A stretch of 55,758 nt of DNA, the filler included, from Platydemus manokwari (Eukaryota): NCBI GenBank assembly GCA_037951405.1. It is 5 parts of 5 records of this genome, joined end to end, with 100 filler letters (N's around TTAATTAATTAA, not from the genome) between each part and the next. Parts side by side here need not be neighbours in the genome. Positions count along the whole stretch, not along the records: positions 1 to 10,366 come from JBBMOY011140105.1; positions 10,467 to 24,927 come from JBBMOY011433645.1; 3 more parts are not named here. One strand, 5' to 3'. Both the position numbers and the translations under genes were made by a program. Positions 1-14,490 of this stretch are shown in pieces. Below the pieces are notes generated by a model. The model was not told where the DNA came from. It worked only from the letters and a program-made list of their open reading frames with translations, and did not search any database. Position 1 is the stretch's first letter; each line of letters opens with the position of its first letter.

Positions 1-289
1 GACATTATATGCAAGCAATACTCCCAGCGACATCTTTTATCAAATCGAAATTTTAAGGTTATACACCCAATATTATTGATTTGATATCCCTGCGATATCT
101 CGTATAATAATAACAAATAAATAACAGTCCATTATATTTCTCAAATGGACAAACACATTGAAACTCTATGACTCTTACATTCTATCATATTGAAATAACA
201 ATTTTTCTCGCTACTTGGTATTGTTTCTCGGTCACTAATTCACCTTTTTATTTACAATCAAAATCAATAATTTAATACTAAATACCAAT

Positions 290-1391
290 GGATCTTTACC
301 AGATAAGCCCCTCCACTAATGCAAAAAGTGTACGCGCGAAAAGTTAAGCCCCACCACCTTTTCCCAGCTGCAATTTAATGCACACGAAACCTTGACCTAT
401 TTCTGATGTCTAGACATTTGCTCAAGCCATAAAAACAATTATTTACCCGCCTATAAGCTCATTTTACACTCGGACGTAAATCCAGAAATGAACTTTCTGA
501 CGCTTTCGACTCTCCTTCATGACAAGGCGACGGCAAACCCACAAAGTGATCCATCAGCAACGTTTATACAACAATGATCTCCAAATGACAATTTCAACTG
601 TTTCTGGAAGGTGGAAGTGTAATGCCCGACAGTGTCGGCAAGAAATCGGTCTTCGAAAGGGAACTTTGCTGGAGCGATCTAGGATGGAATTTTGGACAGT
701 TATCTTATTCATTTATTGCTGGTCCAAAAATCTGGCAACAAACAAATTTTGGTGACAGGAATTATCTAATGCCCACACGATCGCTGTTGACTGGAAGAAC
801 TTTTTTCGCAGACTACAACGATTGTCGGCTGCCCATGTCTACACGTCGAGATCGATAAAACGATAATATCTCGCTGTTAAAACCACGTAGGGCGAGTATT
901 TCCCCAGAAGTAGATTTTCGTAGGGACCTACCGGGAGACTAAAGAAGTGTTAATGTATGCAGTGCCAGATCGAATTGCGGGTGCTCTATTAGACACAATC
1001 CAGGTGTGCATCACTCCCGGCTCAATCATCATATCCCATATGTGCCCATCATACCAAGGAATTGAAACGATGATTGGCATGAATTATACTAACAAAACGG
1101 GTAATCATACCGAAAACTTTGTGGATCCAACAACTGGAGCTCACACAACCCATCCAATCTTTCTGGCACATCTACAAGACGCAGAATAAGCATCAATGCT
1201 GCACCCACCGATCTTTAGTGGACAAGGCAAAAGTTCCGAAATACGGACCTTTTCAGGTAAATTATTAATGACATGTCCCAATTTCACCCTCTTCAATAAA
1301 AACTAAACGTTCAAGTTTCATATCCTCTTTTTATTATCATTTTTGGCCGGCATCGGTCAACCTTTTGGCGGCACTTATCTGGAAAAGATCC
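290..1391 (+). mobile_element. Merlin (IS1595/ISXO2-like) DNA transposon, degenerate, inside an intron of the CREB3L gene
   Basis: TIRs GGATCTTTACCAGATAAG (from 290) and CTTATCTGGAAAAGATCC (ending 1391). Frameshifted transposase pieces: zinc ribbon WKCNARQCRQEIGLRKGTLLERS (519-755) and VPDR...ITPGSIII...NHTENFVDPTTGAHT (947-1189), the ISXO2/Merlin DDE signature. No clean 8-9 bp TSD (ACCAAT/ACCGAT only). Confidence 0.88.
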
Positions 1392-1766
1392 ACCGATTAT
1401 TGAAGAATAACATTAATTAGATGAAATAAATCATTTGTAATACATTTATTAACACATCTAATGTGATTATTTATTTATATATCTCATTAGCATTATAAAT
1501 ATTATTAGCATCAGTAGCTTCTATGATATTTATTCCATTATAAGAGTCAGAATACTAATCCGTTTCATTCAACCAAAGACATGATATCAAGACCAAATAT
1601 TGATCAAGCTGTTAGTTTGTTGTTAAACATATGTTAGACACGAACGCATTATTATTATTTTACAAAAGAAAATTATTATTAATAATATTAGCTGATAATA
1701 TTATCGAATTCTAATTCGTTTTATGGTAATCAAATACATTGAAATGATATTAAAGGATCAACATAC

Positions 1767-1969
1767 TTCTTTTCCAGTGCTTCCATATATTCTTTCTTTT
1801 TTCGACGACTTTCTTGGGCGCTGATTTTATTTTTAATTTTTCGTCGTACTTTTTTCAGATTCCTTTCTTCTTGTTTAGTTAATGGTAATCGAGTGGGGAT
1901 TGAATAATTCTCTAATAACAATGTTCGTTTCTCTTCTTCGGTGAGAATAAGTAATCCAGTTTGAGGAAT
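1767..1969 (-). CDS. CREB3L1/2-like: CREB3L1/CREB3L2 (CrebA-like) bZIP transcription factor, exon 4 (ATB domain and basic region); the gene continues beyond the window start
   Basis: Acceptor ttttgatag, donor gtatgt. Translation [67 protein letters not shown] matches the CREB3L1/L2/CrebA motifs [14 protein letters not shown] and [20 protein letters not shown]. Confidence 0.95.
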
Positions 1970-3323
1970 CTATCAAAATAACATATAATCAAATTATATC
2001 CCAGAAACAAAACATTTATTTAAATTTATTATTACCATCATTATTATTTTCATTTATTTACATCAATTATGTAATACCAAGTGGTGACATTTTTGGCTGA
2101 ATATTTCGAGTATTATATCAATTTGTATAATGATATCTAAGTTAATTATGAATCTCTATTCAATGATAAATTATCAGATTCACGGGAAAAGTAATTCAAT
2201 TCATTCTTGTACTGTAAATGGATAACAAGAGATACACAGAAGATATTTCTATCCATTGACATTATTATATGTTCCATCCAATATTCTATTTGGTATTCCA
2301 ATAATAATAATAATCTAATAATATTGTGTTATTATTATTATATTGATTATTATATTATTTATTATTAAAAATTTTATTATAAAGATTAATAATATAAAAT
2401 GTTCAAATAAGATCAAATTAATAAAATTGAAAAAAGATGTTTCTCAAATCTCTGAATTGTGTTTTTGTTGATTTAATCAATTAAATCATTGAATGTACGC
2501 AACATAAGTGGTACAAATAAGTTCTAATCAATATAAATCAATTTTGGAATCTCTAGAAATTTCCTAAATTCCAACATAGAGAAACATTTGATAGCATAAC
2601 ACATAATTCTATTAGTCACCTGCATCTAAGGTGCAATAGAAACAGAACAAAACAAAAACCATTACAGATTCAGATTTCCTGCATTTGGATCCAAATTTAT
2701 AGATGAAACGATAGAGGATGCCTTTTAACCATTAATTAATAATAAAAAATAATTATAAAAATAAATGTTGTTATTATTGTTGTTTATACCAATAATAATA
2801 ATTATTATTATTTTAAATTTTGATTATATTTTGTCATTATTGTGAGAAACCTTAAATGAATTAAAATTTTTAAAGATTTAATTCAAGTTTTATATCAAAT
2901 TATATTAATTTGTTGATATAAATATATCTAAATACATCATTTGGCATCGTGACTTTTCAGTTCGTTTTCAATGCGCGCTTTATATAATAGTAGCGGCTTA
3001 TCATTATTTTACTGTATTTATTATAAGATGGTTTGCTAAAACATAACCAGTAGGTTGTCCATGCCATCAGGTAGACAATTGGACAGTTACATCACCCTTA
3101 ATTAAGCCATCACTTATCTTCAAGCTGATGTAATAATTAAATTGGATTTTCATATCAATACATCCCAGAAAATTATTATTATTATTATTATTACGAATCT
3201 TTTTATTATTATATTTTATAACAATAATAACAATTATTTATTAAGAATTTATTAAATATTATCTAATTATATATTTATAATTACGAAAATAAAATAAGAA
3301 ACATGTGAGTGCATTTAAATTAC

Positions 3324-3574
3324 CGGGCTCTGAAATAATCTGGAAGAATTGGAAATTTTTGATGAATACAATCCATCTCTGTTATGTTTATCGACCTTGT
3401 ATTTCATTTCATAGAATCTGTTCGGGACATCGTTATTTTTTGAATATACGGAGACATCGTCATTATATTGTTGTTGGAATGAGCTTCCATTTAGACTGCA
3501 ATCAACGGCTGAATCTGGACTACTAGTTGACGGACTAAGGGAGTACTTCATTCGATCTGACTGACTTTTCTCAC
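3324..3574 (-). CDS. CREB3L1/2-like: CREB3L-like exon 3 (Ser-rich linker)
   Basis: Acceptor ttaaacag, donor gtaatt, 251 nt, phase 1 to 0 (GEKSQSDRMKYSLSPSTSSPDSAVD...SRLFQSP). Joins exons 2 and 4 in frame. Confidence 0.8.
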
Positions 3575-6500
3575 CTGTTTAACAATCAATGTTTATAGTC
3601 AGTTCATAATTATTGAAAAATGATTCATCTATTTTGAAAGATTCTTCGGTCAATTTTTCAAATCACACAAACTATTTTAATTCTCCTACATTTTCGAATT
3701 TACATTTTATTCATGGAAGATTTTATTGAAGCAGACATATTTAAAATAATCTATAAGATTTTGTAAAAAAGAAAATTAACCTTTTCGATAAATGATAACA
3801 TTTATTTTTCAAAGCGGCTTAAGTCCCATTTGGTGAGTTTCAAATAGATAAATTATTCAGTAACAGATTTATCACATTTTATTATTAGAATAATGTTGTT
3901 TGATTAGCTCTGATAATGATTCCATTGCATGTACAATTTTAATATAATATAGAAGCACGAGCAAGCAAGAAACGTGACGAAATTTGATGAAAATTGATAA
4001 TGATTTACTTTTCTAAATTTTATTTTTGTTTGAAGAGAAATTAATTTTGTTCGTGGACTTATGGATTTTTAAGAACAGGAATAGTGATCTCATTAATTTT
4101 AAAAGAAGCTCAAGTTCATTTACAATCATCAAAAACATTATGTTTTAAATAATGTTTATTATTGTCATCACTGAATTGGCAAAATGCACAACCTCAGAAA
4201 AACAAAATATCATTCTACCAAGATATCAGTTACTAATATTTTTAAATTTATTGACACGCAAACCATTAAACAACTCGTTGCTAAAATAAATGATCTTGGT
4301 GAGATCAGTTTCAAAATAAATTATATGTTGTCTTTATTAGTTTAATTGCTTCTGAATCTCAAATATATTTTTGAATAAATTATGATGCAGATTATAGATT
4401 TTTAAGAAATAAATAATGATTTTAAAACAAGTCTGAATGATCGATTTTTGTACTGCATTTGTTGCTAATCTATGATTTCTCCTGAAAGAAAATTACATGG
4501 CGACTATCAGTTATGAATACACATAAATTAGAAAAAATCTTTGAATAAACTATAAAGCACAGTTCATATTTGTGTCATATTATATCTATATCTGAGTTAC
4601 ATTTTGTGAAAAATGAAGTAAAATTTTTCAAAACGGATGAAAAATGCTTAGAAATGACTAATTAACTGTTAGAAAACTTATATTTTGGATTATATTTGCT
4701 TCATAAATTTATCGTAACTAATTTAATACTTCGAAATCAATCACAAAAATATATTGATTTTCTGTCAATTATCTTGGAATCAATTAAATAAAAATGATTG
4801 AATTAAAAAAATCGTTTTGGAAGTATTTCGAGGAATGAAAAATTATAAATCTTTTTCCAAAGATTTTAAAATAAATTATTAACCATTTATAAATTTCTTT
4901 CTATAATGATTTACTATTTGATTTGATAATTTTTAAAATTATTAAAATGAATCCTCTGCCTGGTGGTAAAATGTTAAATAAAAAAAACCATCATTTCAAT
5001 TATATATCAAAAAGTGTTCGCTGTTCTCCTGCAAACTCTCCGAAGGTTGACGACGTACTCTGCTCCCCAACTTTTGACATGAAAGCGATGGATTTTGGTA
5101 GCCGAAAAGTTGTTTCGTGTTAAAGTGACAACGAATAAATTTATGTCGCATTACTTTGCCTTCATATTTCAGGCAAAATCGTATAACCAATTCTAATTGA
5201 TTTATTTAAATTTAAATCTTGAAATTTCCAGTCTTGTTGATGATCTACCTTAGAAATTTTTAACTTTGATATTCAGATATCTTCTTACTGATAAAAACGA
5301 AATTTTTTTGCCAGCCTCTATATATAGACAGTTATTATAATAATTATTATTTATTATAATAATTATTATAGAATACAACATATTACAAATAATAAATTAC
5401 TTTTTAAATAGCTACCACTTATCACGTTGAATGTCGCCATACAAGAGGTGTCATATTTATATTTATGAGATCAAACGTCGCTTCTTAGGTACAAATAAAT
5501 TTCCATTTTGTAAGTCGATATTTTTCGGTATTTTTTCTTTTCAAATGTGGTCTTTATTTCACTTAATATTCTTCACTATTTTTTTATTCATAAACATGTT
5601 ATACACAAAAATATACTCGACCAAACGACATGAATGAACTCGAAGTAGCAGTTCATTACTACAAATATTTAATAAGAATAAAATAATCTTCATTATTGTT
5701 GTTTTGTTGTCAATCAAAATCATCAGCGACCTTGAGCATGTCAGAAACAAGCAAACACTTATGGAGTTCTAAGTGAGATTCAGTGGACCGTAAAAATTGT
5801 TTTTTTTTATTTTCATCAGTTCATTTTGAAACTGTAATAAATATAATAAATATTTTCATGTTTCCAGTAAATTCCAAAAGTGAACTTTGCAGCTGATAGG
5901 AAAATATCATAATAAATTTCAAATTTTTCTACCCTTAAAAGTCAATGTAACGAGTTTGGTTTGAATTCTCCTAACACAGTATGACATTTTCTCTTTCCAT
6001 TCAAATAATAACTGGTGTATGAAAATAAATCTTTCAACTGCTGTATCACCTAGACTTGTTTATAGCTGATTATTGGAAATATCATATTTTTTCCTTTACA
6101 AGACGAATGAAATTTTTGAATTGAAAATAGGAACATTTCACTGATAGTTTTTCAATATCAAGTGCCTATATCCAAGAAAAGAAAGAATGAAATTTTATTT
6201 ACAATCACCCATATGTGAATAAATCATTGACTAAAATTATTGTCTATAAAATTGGTCATGAATTTTTATAATTTATTCCCAAATCAATAAAGTCAAGTAC
6301 ATGAATATACAAAAATAAAATTTGGATAATGTAACAATATGAAGAAATAGAATAGAATTATATCCATATTAGAGATATGTATAGCACAGATAGTTATATC
6401 CATTGATTTTTATGTAGGTTTTGTCCCATTGGCCCAGGTTAGAATAAAAGATCGAATGAAGCATAGACTTGTTAAGCTGTTTGGTAAAAACTTTCCAAAC

Positions 6501-7955
6501 TAGAAGGATTGAACGCAATGGCGACGTTTTAAGAATAGCAAAGTTAATGGATATTATTAAGGAGTGAAAGTTTTTCTCGTATCATGATATACTCTCAGCT
6601 TTTAAAGGCTGCTTTATATTATATATGATATATTTGATGTCACCGAGATTTATACACTTACAGCATCACCATACACTTATAGATTTTCAATAAGTCGAAC
6701 ATAACAATGTTGGTATTGAATAAATATTTGTTTCATATAAATAACGATATCAGTTTTATTTTATGATTATGTCAAACATAATGTAATCAAAATGATTATA
6801 GAGATAAATTTACAATTGAATATGAACTCAGAGCGGCAGTAAATAATCGAAATATAAAAATAAAAATTATGACGAAATATTTCTTGATAACGACGCGTCA
6901 AGGACATACACAAGCAATCATTAACCAGTATATGAATGAAGCGTAGTTTAATGCTCTAACCAATAATCATTTAACCAATCAGAATCATTCTAGCTAACAC
7001 GTGCCACCCACATGTATTGTAGAGAAATAGAGATACAGATTTTTTGACAATTCCATGCTTAAAAAATATGAAAACGTGGTTGTAATCATTTTATTTTTCA
7101 AACGAGAATGTTTGTCTGCTTTATATTTTATGTATCCAGAACAATGAAGCGAATTACGAAGAGGTTTATGAATTATAATGTTATTTTTATTGTTTTCCTT
7201 CAATTATCGATTATATTAATGCAATACCTCAAATATGGCATTTAGTTTTGGAATTTTGGCTACTTTTGAAATGAAATTAACAGTTTTGAAGATCAAATGA
7301 AAATCTTGAGGAGACAATATTGAATAAAATATACGAATATCGCAGTTACAATGCATTTATTAATATGAATATATTATTTTATGACAAATTTAGACAAGTA
7401 TTGATTATAAACATAAATCCCAATGAGACGAATTTCCCCTTGGAATTATTGAATAGTTTTAGCGTTCTATATTTGACTATCATTGCCTAAATTTTGCAAA
7501 AATCCCTGTTTTCTTAATTTATCATCATTTTGACCTAGTTCATTGTGACCTCCTTTTATGGGGCTGTTTATCACATTTCTTATCAATCGAATGATAGTTT
7601 GTCATCTTTAAGATATCGTGGCCTACTTTTTATTTTTACATGCTCTATTTTATTACAAATTTTTCATTAATATAATTTATATGCCCGTGACCTACATTTT
7701 TATTAAAATTTCTAGCATGTTGCTATTAGCTACCATATATATATATCATGACCTAATTTATCATTGCCAATATTTCAATCAAATATTATTCTACTTCTGG
7801 TTGATGTGAGCACACTCGATAAATAATTATTCGATGTTTATCCAAATCAATTTCAGAATCCGCCAAATACCAACCCCCCCCACCTACCCCCTCATATACG
7901 CGAAAACATGTAACTAGAGCGCCAAATAAACCAAAACCCATCCAATCAAGCTCAC

Positions 7956-8622
7956 CAGCATCCTGGTAGATCGAGAATATCGGGGTATTGTCTTGTCGTC
8001 GTATCCTCGAGATTTGCTTTCTCCCGGTAGCTAAAGAATTTCTTTTCGTGACAAATATTGTTGGTGGTTTCTGTCGGCGATTTACGGGGCAATATTGATT
8101 GAAATAGAAAATATTTTTTTTATTGCCATTGTTGATGTCGACCGAATGGTTTTCATCGGGTTTTTCGAACAAAAGTTGGCCAGGAAGAGATTCAAGATCG
8201 TCTGTGACGTTGACAAAATCGTTATTGTCTGAATGGAATTGGTTAAGAACACTTGACTGTTTAGATTGTGTTAAATTTTCAATGAAAAACGGTTCTGATT
8301 TCTCTTTGTATGTCTGAACGATTAACGGTTTGGAAGAAGTTTTTGCATTTTGCTTTTGCATGTTATTGTAGGGTTTGAATGCAAAAGCACCCTCGGATTT
8401 TAAATGCAAAGGACTCAGTTCGAGATCAAGTGCGGTGTTGTTTTCTTCGTCTACTTCAAACGCAAATTGATTTAAGTCTTGAGATTGTGTGTAACTCGAA
8501 TTATTCGCTAGTACTTCATCAAAGTTGCCATCATCGTGAAAAAACTGATTATCATATTCTGAAATGTCAATTAAGCTATTGCACCACATAGAATCGGTTT
8601 CCAACTGACTATTTTGAAATAT
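7956..8622 (-). CDS. CREB3L1/2-like: CREB3L-like exon 2 (acidic N-terminal region)
   Basis: Acceptor aaaattcag, donor gtgagc after ...IYQDA-G (phase 1), which matches the exon 3 acceptor phase. Corresponds to ORF 7786-8604 cut at the donor. Confidence 0.8.
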
Positions 8623-8715
8623 CTGAATTTTACATAAAAATTTAATTCATCAAGACACGTTTTGTCAGGCTTGTAATTTAGTTGTCTAATATAAAATTAA
8701 TTAATTTAAAATTAC

Positions 8716-8763
8716 TTCATCATTATCATGATCAAATATTTCATCATTAAACGGATATTCCAT
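8716..8763 (-). CDS. CREB3L1/2-like: CREB3L-like first coding exon (MEYPFNDEIFDHDNDE)
   Basis: ATG at 8763, 16 codons, donor gtaatt, 93-nt intron, phase 0 join to exon 2. Confidence 0.7.
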
Positions 8764-9547
8764 AAATAAAAAATTATTTAAAGTGCAACCGAAACTTTTA
8801 TTTACAAATCAAGTAAGTGAAACAAACCCGATTCTAAAAATCACCTTTATTTTATCCAATGTAAGTGATCATTTTATTTATTAAAAAATTATTCTTCTAA
8901 TAAATTATAGTTCATAAACAAAAATTAGCTTGAAAGTATGAAAAATATTTGTTTACTAATTATAACTATTTCGAAGTTGATATTTGTTATTTAGTTCAAA
9001 AGTTGTAAAAATAATTGCACAATGGATTTAAAAAGAAAATCAGGTGTAATAATAATCATTTTATTTAAATATTTTATTAACCTTTTATTTTTATATGAAA
9101 TGTTTGCTAAGTATTTAACAGTGTACGTATGTTTTGGCGTGAATGGGTTTTAATTTCCAGTTTATCCTAATTAATAACTTAAACTTCTGAATTCAAAAAT
9201 TCATTGGTTAAATATTTTATGTTCATAATAATGACAACCATAAACAAATTTTAATTTATTTTTAATGTTCAAATTAAATGTAAGAAATATTATATTGTAT
9301 TATCGTTGAGTTTTCGCATTATAAAGATTCGAATATCCTGGGATATAATTCCATATTTCATTTCTTAACATATCAAACAAATTATTCCTTATTAACTTTC
9401 TAACAAATACTCTTCGTTGAAGTAGAATGTTTCTGTTCTACGTTAGATATAACTGACGATTAATTAATCGAAAGATAGGTACGCCATATTTTCTTCTTAA
9501 TGGTTATGAGTAAAGTTCATGAAAAATGTAAATGTATGACTTATATT

Positions 9548-9624
9548 CATTGGTTCTTCATTCTCCTATATTACTTCTTCTGTAGTGACCTGAAGAAGTA
9601 ATGTAGAAGAATGAAGAACCAATG
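9548..9624. repeat. Near-perfect 33-bp inverted repeat with 11-nt loop (77-nt hairpin)
   Basis: CATTGGTTCTTCATTCTCCTATATTACTTCTTC (9548-9580) pairs with GAAGAAGTAATGTAGAAGAATGAAGAACCAATG (9592-9624), with one mismatch and one G-T wobble. Confidence 0.9.
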
Positions 9625-10254
9625 TAACCAAAATTTGGGAGAAAAAAAGAAATGAATAGTTTGTGATCACACCAATTCACTTTTTATTCACATTCTAAAT
9701 ATATCAAAAATTATAAAAGAAACCAAAAAAATATTTAATGCCAGAAATCAAAGGCAAATTATTAATAAAATTGTTGAATCTTCAGTGTCAGATCTGGATA
9801 AGTTAGAGATTTCAAAATTTATAAAAAGTCAAATTTATCGAATGACTTTCGACAATTTGAATTCTTAAACATTAAAAATTTCCCATGTCATGAACAAGTC
9901 TTGTGTTCCATTATTCAAAATCAATTTTTAAAACAATAATTTTTTGAATGAATCCTTCTATTGTTTTTACATCTCAGTTATCTCCTTGGTTGAAGTAAAC
10001 TTAAGGCAGCTTGCTTTTATAACTAACATAAACATTTATCCAAGAAATTCCCTCCCGGTAGCCGCAGCGAAGTCTACTCAGATGTTGATTGCATTCTGTT
10101 CATTTCAATTTGATATTGAATATAGGCTAAGGATAACAATCATTCACTACAAATTAAATTCGGCAATTATTCCGGATAATATATTACTATCAATTTTGTA
10201 AGTGCCATTTTATTTATAAATAATGTATTTATTTTGCCCTTCGAAGAATAACTA

Positions 10255-10540
10255 TTAGTTTGGTGCAAAAATAATGGCCGTTATCTTAAAGCAACTTTAA
10301 AAGACTATAACTCGCTTAAAAAATAAGTTTATTAATCAAAATAAAGCCCATTGGATTCGATACATTNNNNNNNNNNNNNNNNNNNNNNNNNNNNNNNNNN
10401 NNNNNNNNNNTTAATTAATTAANNNNNNNNNNNNNNNNNNNNNNNNNNNNNNNNNNNNNNNNNNNNTAATGATTTGCTACAGCACACACACAAGTGTTTA
10501 CATCTGGTGTCAAATTCCGGTTATTAAGTTATAGACCCAA
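10255..10540 (-). mobile_element. mariner element copy 1 (ends only; interior in assembly gap)
   Basis: TA-flanked ends TTAGTTTGGTGCAAAAATAATGGCC and CCGGTTATTAAGTTATAGACCCAA. 10467-10540 is near-identical to 36375-36448 and to the reverse complement of 46061-46135. Confidence 0.8.
10367..10466. other. Assembly spacer (44N-TTAATTAATTAA-44N)
   Basis: Fixed 100-nt N block with a central six-frame stop linker. Confidence 0.95.
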
Positions 10541-13500
10541 TATTTCAAATTTTTGCTAAGTTTGGTTTTATTCAGGCTCTAATTTCTGATCTTACTTCTT
10601 TGTCTTAAAAACTCTTTCAATCTACTTATATGTATTTAATGTTTCACTTTATGTACAAGGGCTAAGGCATAACCACAATAATAAGTTGATTAAAAATAAT
10701 CTCAAATGGGGATGGAGTTCTGTAGCTTCTGCTTTTTTACCAGGTCAGAAACACCTTCTGTAATACAATCACAATTTCTCTAGTTATACTAATGACACTA
10801 TAAAATTAAGCAAATACTTTTTTGATCTTTCAACTCCCCATCATTTGCAAATAAATACTCTTTAGAATATTGCATAACTCATATCTATTTTACTGGTCTG
10901 AGTTACATATTGTTTATAAATTTTGTGGAGATTGTAAATATCGATTGTATCAAAAATGATTCGAAATTACTGCCAGAAATTCTGAAATTTTGCTGAAAAT
11001 GGCATTCACACTGGCAGGCAAGGCGATACACGCAATTCCAGTAATCGATTTGAGGATTTCAAAATCAACACCCAAGACATTGATCAATTCGTACAAATTA
11101 TTACCCCAAATTGAGTGAGGTCTTTCTCGAAATTGTTAGTTTTCATTGCCATTCCCTTCTTTCGATTACTAATCGTACTGTGATTTGATTTGATTTTGTA
11201 TTTTTATTCAATTAAAATTGTTTTGAGAAAATTGTCAATATAATTTGATGAGTTTGATTTCGAGTTATTATTTTGGGCCAGAATATAATTTTTAAAGACT
11301 TATCCGGTGTGTTTCCTTGATGTCTCAGAGTTTCACTTATTGATTCATTAAAAATTTCTCTTATATTTCTTTGTGATTGTAATTCAATGAAGGTCTGTCA
11401 TGATATCGAATTTATTTCAAATATATTATTATTAGCTTCTTTCTGGAGAATTTTAAATAATCTTTATGATAACAGAAATAATTGTGGAGTCACATTTAGA
11501 GAATTGTTTCATACACGAAATTCTTTTTAAAAAAAATCAATATCTTCATTTATTGAAATTAAAACGTTTTGGAATTTTTTATCCCGCCTCAGACGATTAT
11601 TGATTTTAAAAACTATATTTTATTTATTTAGTCAGCTTAAAAATCAGTTTCGTTTTATTTACTGAGACTCAGATGGTAAACAAAACCTCTAATTCAATAA
11701 CAGAATCACTGATAATATTCTCAATGTAAACATTAAGCAGACCACGATTTTCCTTGTAAAGAAGTCCAAAGATTTTCTCAACACCGCTTCAACAAATATT
11801 ATTAAAACCGCAAAACTATTCATGATTATTATATTTTTATATTTATCGATTAATTGAAATAATTAATTTATCATTTTAATGATTTATCTGGTATTAAAAT
11901 AACCGATTATTATGAATGATCGATATTATTATAAAACAACCAATTAATGAACCGATTTTGTTTCACAGGCATTCGTATATGATTTCCAATTTTTCCCAGC
12001 ACCAATGCACTATAGGACGAATCAATATAAAGTTCAATCATTAAGTTCTTACAAGGTTACAATAAGCAAAATAATAAATTCATTATTTTTTTAAGATTAT
12101 AATAAAATAAAACTCGGTTAACAATTCTTAATATATTATTGAAACATCACTTCGATATCAAGCAACAGCTTATTAATAATAGTTATAATGAGAATAAAAA
12201 ATATTAATAGACAATAAAAATTATTGTGATCCAAAAATAGATTCAATAAAATCTTTAAATAGATAAAATACATTGTAGAATCTAAAAATAGATTATAATA
12301 ACTAATAAAGACAAAAGCATAATTCAAAATAAATAAGAGTAACAAATAATCAATAACGCCAATAATAATACTCCTTGAATTTTACCAGTTCAAAATATCA
12401 TTGATACGTGGTGAAGTTAAGTTATTAAATAGAGTAAAGGAAATAATCCGTCGACATAATAAAATAGGAATTTTCTGTGAAATAGCATTACTAGAATGGG
12501 ATATTTGTTAATCTAAACCTTGTAGGAAATTATCTTTTTATATTGTACTTAATACCATGACAATCCATTCTAAATAAAAAAGATAATTTATAGAAGCCGA
12601 CATTTTTAATTTCAAATATATTAAACTTTTAAATATGAAATCATTAATCGAATATCAATCAATAAACAATATAAGCAAGATTTTTTTATAGTTAAAGGAC
12701 TCATATACCATTGAAACCATGTGAGTGGGCAAATAAAAAGATGGATCTATGTAAATTTATAACACGAAATCTAGCCCACAGTACTGCACAAAATGATAGA
12801 AACTATTTAAATATAATAACATTGATGTATACTTTATAGAGATAAGAAACACTGATGAATTCGATTGATTAGACAAGCGAATAAAGTGAATCAGGAAATC
12901 CCAAGGGGTTGTTGACCTATCTCTATGGCGGATCCTTAGATTATGGCTTTAACTACTGGAATGATTTTAGCAGAAACTGACAAAAATAGCATTAAAAACT
13001 ATCACTCGTATAGAACGCTAATAAATTATTATTGCTGATGATAACTCAACATTTCAACTTCCGGAATTTGAATGAAAAGCATAAACGAGATGCACCAGAT
13101 CTTATACAATTGATGTGTTCCGGGTTTGCATGTTTTATTTTATTTTGTCACTCAAATTTATTTAATTATTGTGGTAGATCAATGTTCTCTTATCAGCCTC
13201 ACGTGGTTCTAATCAAACCCAAATTACAATTCTAAACTTTATAGTTTTCTTTGTTCGCCTTGCAATCTATAATATATGAAGATAGTACAAATTGACAACA
13301 ATGATCCAAACGTTTCCTTATGTATTATCAATCTCAATTTCTATCTTTAAATCCTCAATGAATGAATCAACTCAATTAGTACAAAAATGAGTGATTTCAC
13401 AACACGATAAACACTGAATAAAAAGTTAAACCAAAACATAGTTCTAACAAATTCTGGATGAAGTGACGGTTAATATCTCGAACTCTAGGAGTAAGCCTAG

Positions 13501-13629
13501 AGGGTTTTGTGAGACAAAGCTCTATACTCAGACCATAAACAATAGATACTATAATAGATATCAACGGTTTATATATAATCGAACTTACGTTAATTGACAA
13601 TGGTAGTGTTTAAAATGATTATCTCAAAT

Positions 13630-14490
13630 GGCATATACGTCTGTCGAGGAACGAATGATTTTGTAAATGTAACACAGAAAATTGCACAAGCTCAAGACAT
13701 CACTGGCTTTAAGGGGGGTCCAGTTTGGTGCAACAGATTTTGAAAACGTCAGGGCTTGGCAATAAGAACAAGAACATAGTTAGTCCAACGAATGCCTTAA
13801 TTCTATGAGGAAAAATTATACCTTTTCACAATTTTTCATCAATATCCGGCAACATTTTAGCTATGAATTGTCACTGATAGGCAATATGGATGATACGCCT
13901 CTGAATTTTGATTGTCCTGATAATCACACAACTGATGAGAAAGGAGCCAAGACAATTGCAATTCGTACAAAAGGTCATGAAAAAAGTCATTTTACCTGTG
14001 TTTTGACCTGTGTGGCTGATGACACTAAGTTGCTTCCACTACTAATTTTCTAACTGAGAATCCAGTGAGATGTCATTCCAAGTTGTCTCACAAGCTAATT
14101 GCAACCTCTTGATGTCAGTATAAATAAATGTTTTAGGGAAAACATGAAGGAGGAGTGGACCAAATGGATTAGTTTCCCAATGAGTGAAAACATCATGGAA
14201 TGCCATCAAAAAAGATGTTATCATAAAATAATTTAAGAAAAAAGGTATTAGTAATGCCTTTGGGTGGCTCTGAGGAAGATGCTATTTATGCCCAAAGCGA
14301 TTCTCAGACACAGATGATAAAGAAATTGAAGAATCGGCTACAAAACTGGTCAATCAACACGTGGAAACAGAAGATATATTTGAAAATGAAGAAGAATTTC
14401 ATGGTTTCTATGACGAACAAAGTAATTTAGGTTTTTTTAAAATGTTTGATCTAATAATGAGGAGGGTCTTAATAGACGTAGGGCATAAGG
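13630..14490 (+). mobile_element. pogo/Tigger-family transposase remnant (HTH_CENPB plus DDE_1)
   Basis: FKGGPVWCNRFLKR HTH-like segment, IGNMDDTPLNFD...GHEKSHFTCVLTCVADDTKLLPLLIF, LQPLDVSIN motif near 14100 and an acidic tail (EDIFENEEEFHGF). Stops and frameshifts present. Confidence 0.85.

Noticed and set aside
7786-7955. C-terminal part of the 272-aa ORF as a CREB3 transmembrane segment
   Set aside because: It lies after the gtgagc donor, so it is intronic. The CREB3-family TM is C-terminal to the bZIP, outside this window.
8123-8591. Plus-strand ORFs 8123-8317 and 8379-8591 and other short ORF-track entries
   Set aside because: Shadow ORFs antisense to real exons, or chance ORFs in AT-rich DNA.
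10411-10422. TTAATTAATTAA palindrome recurring four times in N runs
   Set aside because: Artificial six-frame stop linker in fixed-size scaffold gaps. Adjacency across the gaps is therefore also uncertain.
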